64,000 nucleotides of DNA, taken from the NCBI GenBank assembly GCA_951406725.2, contig OX597839.1, positions 17,112,001-17,176,000 of the forward strand. Direction: 5' to 3'. The translations under genes and the position numbers were made by a program. How positions within the stretch are numbered: the stretch's first letter is position 1; each line of letters opens with the position of its first letter. The stretch comes from Octopus vulgaris. Taxonomy: Eukaryota. Positions 55,278 through 64,000 of the stretch are shown here, in pieces. The notes beneath the pieces were generated by a model, which worked only from the letters and a program-made list of their open reading frames with translations, ran no database searches and was not told the DNA's origin.

Positions 55278-55729
55278 TAACTATATAAGCATTTTTAGAT
55301 GCCAATTCGGGCTTTCTTAGCTATTTTTGTTTTGGTGTCTTCAAGCCATGAAGTCGTTGTTCTAAAAGAACGCTGGTCTCCTTCACAACGCATTACGACG
55401 TTGATTTCTTAACACTCCCTTCCCCACAGCTTCACGAGGGAGGGAAGGGGGAGAAGCAAACAGGTGCAGCTGTGAGCGTGGACGCCAACTCTGCCGCCAT
55501 CGACACACGATGCATTTTATGCATTAAAATGGAATAAAAAATGATGTTAAATTATTTTTTAAATCGTAGACTCATCGTTGACTCGCGCTAATAGTCAGAC
55601 GGGCTCGATATGAATCACGACTATAAGATACCCGAATTTGGTTAAACTGCACCGCAAAATGTGGGAGGAGTTAGGAATCTAATTCGAAGGGGACAGACAC
55701 TCACACAACTAGAGTTTTATATATATAGA
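55278..55729 (-). mobile_element. non-autonomous Helitron (5' TC end present, 3' end lost)
   Basis: 55510-55729 homologous to 5840-6043; different internal segment at about 55300-55505. Confidence 0.8.
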
Positions 55730-55732
55730 TAT

Positions 55733-55857
<125 letters not shown>

Positions 55858-55897
55858 TATACATATACCGAATAATTGTCACATATTACATTTACAG

Positions 55898-55939
<42 letters not shown>

Positions 55940-55940
<1 letters not shown>

Positions 55941-56152
55941 TGGGTTTTAAATTCGGGCACAAGACCAGCAATTTCGGAGAAGGGAGTAAGTTGATTGCAT
56001 TGATCCCAGTGCTCAAATGCTACTTATTTTACTAACCCCAAAAGGATAAAGGGCAAAGTCAACCTCAGTGAAATTTGAACTCAAAATGTAAAGACAGACA
56101 AAATACCCCTAAGCATTTTGCCCAGCGCCGTAACGATTCTGCCTGCTCACCT
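55940..56152 (-). mobile_element. SINE family A
   Basis: Reverse complement of family A. Confidence 0.85.
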
Positions 56153-56222
56153 TATATCTATCTGTCTGTCTATCTATGTATACATGCATACATACATACA
56201 TACATACATACATATGTATATA

Positions 56223-56433
56223 TAGGGTGGCCCAAAAGTAGATTTATAGCTATTCAACTATCTCTTTCGCATTCATATATTAACAATTTAGATCTTAATT
56301 ATAAAAAAATATGAAGCCATTATTCTATGCTAATTTAGTTAATTGTAAGATAGAAATTTAAATGTAATAAAATATTTTAAAAGAAGTTTAAATGCCTACA
56401 TGTTAAATGTAAACCTACTTTTGCACCACCCTG
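56223..56433. mobile_element. Tc1/mariner MITE
   Basis: TA|tagggtggcccaaaagtagattta ... taaacctacttttgcaccaccctg|TA. Confidence 0.8.
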
Positions 56434-56625
56434 TATATATATAACAGCTTTTGTTAAATTTCTGCTGCTTTTAAATGAAGTATATATATATATATATACA
56501 CACACATATATAGCTTGCTTTATATATGTGTGTGTGTGTGTGTTGAGTTATTATAAAAACAATTTTACATTCAACTGAAGGATTATTCAATACCTTTTGT
56601 AGAGTATGTATTATTCCTATTCAAG

Positions 56626-56726
56626 AATAGTGTCGACAGTGAATTCGAAGTTTCAGCTGGTTTAGCTTTCATTGGACTGATGAAGGCTAAGCAGGTCAGA
56701 ACTTCAATGTTATTGCTGACACTATT
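56626..56726. ncRNA. diverged inverted pair of HHR-like motifs
   Basis: + strand CUGAUGA-A-GGCU...; minus strand ccaAUGA-A-AGCU AAACC AGCU-GAAA-CUUCGAAUUC; outer arms aatagtgtc/gacactatt. Confidence 0.5.
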
Positions 56727-56740
56727 TTTGGGAAAGACTA

Positions 56741-56779
<39 letters not shown>

Positions 56780-56829
56780 TATATATAGACACACACACGT
56801 GCGTTCACACACCCTTATATAATTACACT

Positions 56830-58170
56830 GTCCATCTATACAGTTAATGCAGTATGTAGATCTAGTTATTCTACTTTCTGCCCACATCTAGTTATACAAC
56901 TGAATGTCTGCCTGAATGTCTGCCTCTTTCTCTAATTATATTATCTATCCTTATATCAATTTATTCCACAATCTAGTTTTTTTATTTTTTATATTGTCTG
57001 TATATCTAGTTATTGAACTCTCTATGTCTCTATCTTCCTATCCAGTTATTTCATTGTCTGTTAACCTATCATGATATTCCAATGTGTATGTATGTGTGGA
57101 TCTCTCTGTTTATTCTACCATTTGTTTATCTGTCTAATTATTCCAGTTTCTCTCTATCCATTTAGCTTTCTTTTTTTTCTTTTTTTGCCAATACCTATAT
57201 CTATCTAATCATATTTCTGACTATCTATCGATCTATTTTTTCCATAAATCTAGTTATTCCAGCATTTATCTATCTAACTAGTTATTCTGCTATCTGCCTA
57301 TATGTCTATTTCGTTACTTATTCCAGTATCTGTCTATTTAGTTTTTCTACTACCTTTCATCTATCTAGTTATTCCAGTGTCTGTCTAACTATTTATTCCA
57401 GTATCTTCCAATATGTCTATTTATTTAGTAATTCCAATGTCTGTTTATATGTCTATCTATCATGTTATTCCAGCATCTATCTACCCCTTACCTGTTCAGC
57501 AATCTAGTTTTTCAAGTATCTGTCTATATGTCTAACTATGTAGTCATTCCAGCATCTATCTTTCTAGTTATTCCAGTGTCTGTCTATATGTCTATCATGT
57601 TATTCCAGCATCTATCTAGCTAGTTATTCCAACACGTCTTTCTAGTTATTCCAGTGTTTGCCTATATGTCTGTCTATCAAGTTATTCCAGCATCTATCTA
57701 TCTAGTTATTCTCTTGCCTGTTTCTTAATCTAGTTATTCCAGTATCTGTCAATATGTCTATATATTTAGTTACTCCAGCATCTGTCTATCTAGTTATTCT
57801 ATGGCCTGTTCCCATAAATAGTTATTCCAGTATCTATCTACATGTCTATCTAACTAATTACCCCTGTATCTGTGCATCTGTGTATCTGCTTCCTTATTCA
57901 GCATCCATCTATCTAGCTATCCCTACACCTGCTCATCTCTCTAGTTATTTTAGTCTTTGTTTTTTAGTTTCTTCAATATTTGTCTTCTAGTTTTCTATCA
58001 ATCTAATTATTTTAGTATTTGTCTGTGTACCTATTCTCTCTATCTATTTCACTATGCGTCTATCTATAGATCTAATTATTCCATTACCCAGTTAACTATA
58101 AATTTAGTTATTCCACTGCTAGTGTATCTATAGAGGTCTACTTATTTCACTGCTTGTCTGTTTATAGATA
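56830..58170. repeat. degenerate satellite built on tctagttattccag(t/c)atct(a/g)tcta
   Basis: Many recurrences of agttattcca in one orientation. Confidence 0.85.
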
Positions 58171-58173
58171 GAT

Positions 58174-58318
58174 CAATCATAGGCAAACTGCAGTCTCCAG
58201 GACTTTCTGAATGGCATGATTAATGAAAAATTACCTTGTAATTTTTAGTAGTGTGGCCCATCTGATGACGATCCATGTCTTATGTAGCCCATTTCTCAAA
58301 AAAGTTTGTCCATGCCTG
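58174..58318. mobile_element. hAT-like MITE (diverged)
   Basis: caatcataggcaaact / agtttgtccatgcctg termini; degenerate 8-bp flanks. Confidence 0.6.
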
Positions 58319-58377
58319 ATCTAAATATTCCACTATCCTACCTGTATATAAATCTCCTTGTTCCTTTTATTCTTGGA

Positions 58378-58540
58378 CAGGTGCAAATGTGGTTGTGTGG
58401 TAAGAAGTTTGCTTCTCAACTACATGGTTCCAGGTTCAGTCCCACTGTAAGACACTTCTATGACACTTTGGGCAAATGTTTTCTACTGTAACCTCGGGCC
58501 AACCAAAGTTTTATGAGTGGATTTTGTTAATGGAAATTGA
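58378..58540 (+). mobile_element. SINE family B 5' half
   Basis: ggtgcaaatgtggttgtgtggtaagaag...ggttcagtccc. Confidence 0.8.
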
Positions 58541-58815
58541 TCTGATCAATGGAACAGCCTCCTTGTGAAATTAACCTGCAAGTGGCTGAGCACTCCACAG
58601 ACACGTGTAGTTCACAGGGATATTTGGTGTGATACAGGATGTGACAAAGCTGGCTCCCTTGAAATACGGATACAACTCATTTTTGCCACTTGAGTAGACC
58701 AGAACCATGAAAAATGAAATGTCTTGCTCAAGGACACAATGCACCGCTGGGAATCAATCTCACAGCCTCATGATTGTGAGCTGAATCCCCTAACCACTAA
58801 GCCATGCATCTTCAC
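58540..58815 (-). mobile_element. tRNA-derived SINE family D
   Basis: Minus head atggcttagtggttaggggattcagctc; gtgtccttgagcaagaca CORE-like box; tail shared with 25087-25230. Confidence 0.8.
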
Positions 58816-59671
58816 ACATAGTGAATGTGTAAGAATGGCAGAGAAACGAGCCAAAGGAGATCCTTGATATTGAACCTGGTTAAATGATGATGATGATTGA
58901 TCTACCTGTCTATAAATCTAGTGGTTTCTCTGTCAGTCTGCTTATAATATTAGTGACTCCACTGTCTGTACTTTTATATCATGGTATTATACTGCCTCCC
59001 TCTCTCCCCTCTTTCTCTTTATGTGTGTGCATGTGTATGTATTTTTTTATTCTTTTACATGTTTCAGCCCTAAGGCTGTGGCTGCTCTGGGGCACCGATA
59101 TATGTATATATACACACACACAAAGATATAGATAGATAGAAAGATAGATATATTATATATAAATAATTATATATTTTATTAATATAAATAACTATATATA
59201 TATTTTATTAATATAAATATATATATATTATATGTATATAAATAAATAAATATATATTTTATATATATAAATAAATATATATTTTATATATATAAATACA
59301 TACATATATATTTTATATATATAAATATCATATATACACATATTTTATATATGTAAATAAATGTGAATATATATATATATATACTCATACATGCATGCAC
59401 ACACATACACACACACACACACACATGTACATATAGAATATATAAATTGCTGATCTCAAGAATTTTTATAAACTTCAAGTGGACATGTTATAATTCTTTT
59501 TTTTTTTTGGAACATTAGGATCATGAATCAGTTAAACTATAAATACTGTGTAAATATTGGGTTTAAAACTATTCGGAACTGAACCAAATATTTACACACT
59601 ATCATTTATAGCTTATCTGCTTCAAGATCCAACATTCCAAAAAACATTATTTCCTCTCTCTCACTCTTTCA

Positions 59672-59736
<65 letters not shown>

Positions 59737-59737
59737 C

Positions 59738-59783
<46 letters not shown>

Positions 59784-60025
59784 ATGCGAGATCATTATTG
59801 AAATATTTACATGGTCTGAAATATTTACATGTTCTTTTGAACTAACCTGTTAGATAAATGAGGAGGTGCTTCTGTTTATAATTTCAAAATAATTTTCAGG
59901 CAAAAGGTGTGTGATTTAAGGGAGGTTTAGCTGCTGTTTCTAGCACATCTTATAACTTTCTAGTACCTTCTGTGCTTCTTTGTCACTCTAACGTATTGGT
60001 GTTTTTCAATATTTTTCTCGTCATA

Positions 60026-60238
60026 AGGCACCAAGCTGGCAGAAACGTTAGCATGCCAGGCAAAATGTTTAGCAGTATTTTGCCTGTCTTTACATTCTGA
60101 GTTCAAATTCTGCCAAGGTCGACTTTGCCTTTCATCCTTTTGGGGTTGGTAAATTAAGTACCAGCTGTGTACTGGGTTCGATCTAATTGACTGGCCCTCT
60201 TCCCCAAAATTTCAGGCCTTGTGCCTAGAGTAGAAAAG
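60026..60238 (+). mobile_element. SINE family A with TSD
   Basis: Full head and body; aatatttttctc at 60008-60019 and 60239-60250. Confidence 0.88.
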
Positions 60239-60464
60239 AATATTTTTCTCCCCATAAACACATTTTATAGAATAATGATGTGGTGATCCATTGCTGTGAT
60301 TTAAGCAACTACAAAAAAAAAGAAATTCTTAATTTCCACCAAGTGTGTGTGTGTGTAAGAAAAAATGTATTTACTAACAGAAAAGTATGCTAAAAAATAA
60401 ATTATCCTTTACATACCTTTTTTAAATCAGGCTGTCGTCCTTATGGATTTCCTTACATACATTC

Positions 60465-60496
<32 letters not shown>

Positions 60497-60497
60497 T

Positions 60498-61163
60498 CAG
60501 TGTGAGTAATATACTTTCATAGTGAGAGAGTGTGTGGTAAAAATGTACAGAGAGAGGGAAAGTTTACCATGAGAAAAGAGAAAAATGAAAAAGATAGACA
60601 AATATATACAGGGAGCGATCATTTCTGTTGCTGTCACAGATTTTGAAATTTTAAAATGAATTGAAAATTTTCAAATTTGGTATATTGATGTACTTTTTTA
60701 CACTGAATCTGAGTTTGTGGTTTATTTATTCTGGAAAAATTGTAGAAAAATATCACAAGATTTTAAGTTTGATCATTTTTACCCAACCAGAAAACAAGAT
60801 TTGTGCATAATAGCTGTTTATCATGAAATGAAGGTATACATTGTAAGACAAAGTTTTAAATAGAATGAAAGCAATGCGTGATAGACAATACACATAGTAC
60901 ATATTAAGAGAGTGAATGATAAAGAGTGTGGTAAATAATAGAGAGAGATAGATTCACAGTGACAGATAGAGAGTGGGTGAGTGGTCAGTCTATAAGTTGA
61001 GTTATTTCTTGTAGCAGATTATATTTTTTTATGATTATTTAGAGACAACCTTGTCTTTGGGATGCAGATTTAGAAAATGAAATTTGTTTTTCTTGAGGAA
61101 GCACAATTTCAGAGACTTTCAGGGTTAAACACACATACACTTGCATTTATATAGTAGATAGAT
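60498..61163 (-). mobile_element. possible Helitron-like element
   Basis: Minus strand starts TCTATCTACTATATAAATGCAAG (Helitron-like 5' end); 3' hairpin and CTAG not seen. Confidence 0.35.
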
Positions 61164-61332
61164 ATATATTTAAATATATGTATATATACATTTGAATATG
61201 TTTGTGTGTGTGTCTCTCTCTCTATACATATATATATAGTTGAAATTTACAGAAAAATAAAAGATGAAGTCAGGTGTATAAACAACAAGTAGGTGTAATA
61301 GTTTGATACTCAGGAAAGTGAGAGTCATATAT

Positions 61333-61725
61333 ATCATCATCATCATCATTTAACGTCTGCTTTCCATGCTAGCATGGGTTGGACGATTTGACTGAGGTCT
61401 GGCAAACCAGACTCCAATCTGATCTGGCAGAGTTTCTACAGCTGGATGCCCTTCCTAATGCCAACCACTCCGAGAGTGTAGTGGGTGCTTTTACATGCTA
61501 CCGGCACGAGGGCCAGTTTGGTGGTACTGGCAAACGGCCATGCCTAAATGGTGCTTTTTATGTGCCACCTGCACAGGAGCCAGTCCAGTGGTACTGACGA
61601 CGACCTTGCTCAAATATTTCACATGCCACCAGCACAAGTGCTAGTAAGGCGACGTGGTAACGATCACACTTGAATGGTGTGCTTAATGTGCCATCGGCAC
61701 GAAGGTCAGTTTGTTGTTCTGGCAA
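61333..61725 (-). mobile_element. RTE 3' end with diverged UTR units
   Basis: (CAT)n-ttaacgtctgctttccatgctagcatggg...; repeated ggtgcttttac(a/g)tgcc units. Confidence 0.85.
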
Positions 61726-61751
61726 CAATATATATATATATATATATATAT

Positions 61752-62018
61752 GATGGACTCTCCACTTTTGCCAAACAACCTGCACAAATGATTAGTTTAT
61801 AGTGATCAAAAATATGTGTTCCATACATTAGCTCATCCCTCCATCAAATCAACATTGCCTGAACAGGTGCATGGTGTATCACGCATCAGGTGGGAAGTGA
61901 CCATAAAGCAACGTGAGATGAAGTGTTTTGCTTAAGAACACAGTGCACTACTTGGTCCAGGATTTGAAACCATGATCTCATGATCATGAGTGTAACACCC
62001 TAACCACTAGGCTATGTG
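61752..62018 (-). mobile_element. tRNA-derived SINE (CORE-like, family E)
   Basis: Minus head atagcctagtggttagggtgttacactc...ggtttcaaatcc; gtgttcttaagcaaaacactt. Confidence 0.7.
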
Positions 62019-62139
62019 TCCCCCCCTCTCTCTCTCTCTCACTATATATATATATATATGCAAACTTACATACTCACATATACACATATATATATATTAT
62101 GTTTTGTGTGTGGTGCATACATACATACATATATGTATG

Positions 62140-62170
<31 letters not shown>

Positions 62171-62769
62171 TTACACACACACATACATATATCTCGGAAC
62201 ACGATTGTCTCTCTCTGATCAATAACTTCACTGTGTCTGTCCATTTATCTAGTTAGTCCACAGTCCTTCAATGCACAGAGTTCTACCCACGTCTCAATAT
62301 CAAGATATTCAGCTACACTTCTGTCTCATCACAACGTCTTGTTATCCTTGTGTGAGTGTATGTATCTCGTTATACCCTTGTCTCTCTATATTTCTAGTTA
62401 TTTCACAATCTAATTAATTCAATTATTTCACTATCTAATTATTTCACTATCTGTTTATCTATTTCGTTATTTCACTATCTGTCTAAGTTATTCTATTGTC
62501 TGTCTGCACATTTATATATTTAGTTATTCCACAGTCTCTCTAATTAATTTCTTCACTGTCTGACCTTATATCCAGCTATTTCACTATTTTTCTACCTTGT
62601 TATTCTCCTCGGTTTGTCTGTCTGTCTGTCTGGCGGTCAGTCTCTGTCTTCTCTCTCTGACTATTTCTCCCTCTCTCTTTCTGTCTATTTGTCCCTCTCT
62701 GTCTCTCTGTCTTCCTCTCAGCATCAGTATTGCCTGTTATTTTTTCTCTCTGTGTTTGTTCTGTCTGTC

Positions 62770-62807
<38 letters not shown>

Positions 62808-62814
62808 ATCTTTT

Positions 62815-63065
62815 TCTTGTTTCAGTCATTTGACTGTGGCCATGCTGGAGCACGACCATGCTGGAGCACGGCCATGCTGGAGCACGGCCATGCTGGAGCA
62901 CCGCCTTTAGTCGAGCAACTCGACCCCCGGACTTATTCTTTGTAAGCCCAGTACTAATTCTATCGGTCTCTTTTGCCGAACCGCTAAGTGACGGGGACAT
63001 AAACACACCAGCATCGGTTGTCAAGCAATGCTAGGGGGATAAACACAGACACACAAACATACACG

Positions 63066-63099
<34 letters not shown>

Positions 63100-63263
63100 T
63101 ATGACGGGCTTCTTTCAGTTTCCGTCTACCAAATCCACTCACAAGGCATTGGTTGGCCCGAGGCTATAATAGAAGAGACTTGCCCAAGGTGCCACGCAGT
63201 GGGACTGAACCCAGAACCATGTGGTTGGTAAGCAAGCTACTTACCACACAGCCACTCCTGCAC
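62815..63263 (-). mobile_element. SINE family B with 4 x 16-bp tandem amplification in the tail
   Basis: g(g/a)ccatgctggagcac x4 at 62838-62901. Confidence 0.92.
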
Positions 63264-63355
63264 CTATATATATATTTGCACTCTGTGCAAATATTTATTT
63301 TATTCTCTCTCTCTCTCTTTTTGTCCAGCCTGTTATTTTATTTGTCTGTCTCTGT

Positions 63356-63386
<31 letters not shown>

Positions 63387-63751
63387 TCTCTCTGTATTTG
63401 CTTTTTCCACTATGTATCTATCTACTTATACCTCTACTTGTCTCTCTGTCTACTTCATCATCTGCCTATCTAGTTATTCTACTCTCTCTCTCTCTTAGTC
63501 TCTCTCCTCCATTCTTTGTATTAAGTTATTCTGCTTTATATCTATCTACATGTACCACTAACTGTCTCTCTGTCCCTCCAATTATTTCACCCTCTCTTTA
63601 TCCAACCTGGAAATCCACTGCTTGTCCTTCTATCCAGTTATTCCACTTTGCATATATCTAGTCACTTAAGTGTTTCTCAGTCTAACTAGGTACTCTAGTG
63701 ACATCTGTATGTCTTAGATTCCTGTATCTGTCCAACTACCTACTTATATCT

Positions 63752-63972
63752 ATTTCTTTACTACCCGCAAGGGGCGAAACACAGAGGGGACAAACAAGGA
63801 CAGACAAACGGATTAAGTCGATTACATCGACCCCAGTGCGTAACTGGTACTTAATTTATCGACCCTGAAAGGATGAAAGGCAAAGTCGACCTTGGCGGAA
63901 TTTGAACTCAGAACGTAGCGACACGAAATACGGCTACGCATTTAGCCCGGCGTGCTAACGTTTCTGCCAGCT
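63752..63972 (-). mobile_element. SINE family A (young)
   Basis: Reverse complement of family A; CpGs intact. Confidence 0.9.
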
Positions 63973-64000
63973 GTCTGTATGTCAGTCTAGTTATTCTGTT

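Noticed and set aside
58258-58300. CTGATGA as a possible HHR core or C/D box
   Set aside because: No stem II-GAAA downstream; lies inside a hAT MITE

Overview
AT-rich, repeat-saturated eukaryotic DNA with no recognisable host protein-coding exon. The SINE families and extreme (TA)n/(TACA)n/(TATC)n microsatellite load suggest an octopus (coleoid cephalopod) intergenic or intronic region; this is an inference. Nearly all ORFs in the supplied track are microsatellite artefacts. Real content: several tRNA-derived SINE families; decayed LINE fragments (RTE, CR1-like, R4/Dong-like, CRE-like); mariner and DD37D/maT transposase relics; hAT, piggyBac, Tc1/mariner and Harbinger MITEs; non-autonomous Helitrons and a Helentron-type element; and a CpG-retaining candidate promoter with an RFX X-box near 47.3 kb. 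The most interesting signal is a set of short ORF-less palindromic or tandem insertions (8.2, 19.5-20.2, 31.9, 55.0-55.3 and 56.6 kb) that carry type I hammerhead-ribozyme (HHR) folds with minimal, often palindromic, helix III and non-canonical cores (U3:A8 covariant, U6 variant). These look like Penelope-like pLTR or retrozyme-type elements. The best case is a 365-bp unit at 19531-19895 with a complete HHR fold, a direct partial repeat and a 247-bp inverted copy. Many boundaries of decayed elements are approximate.
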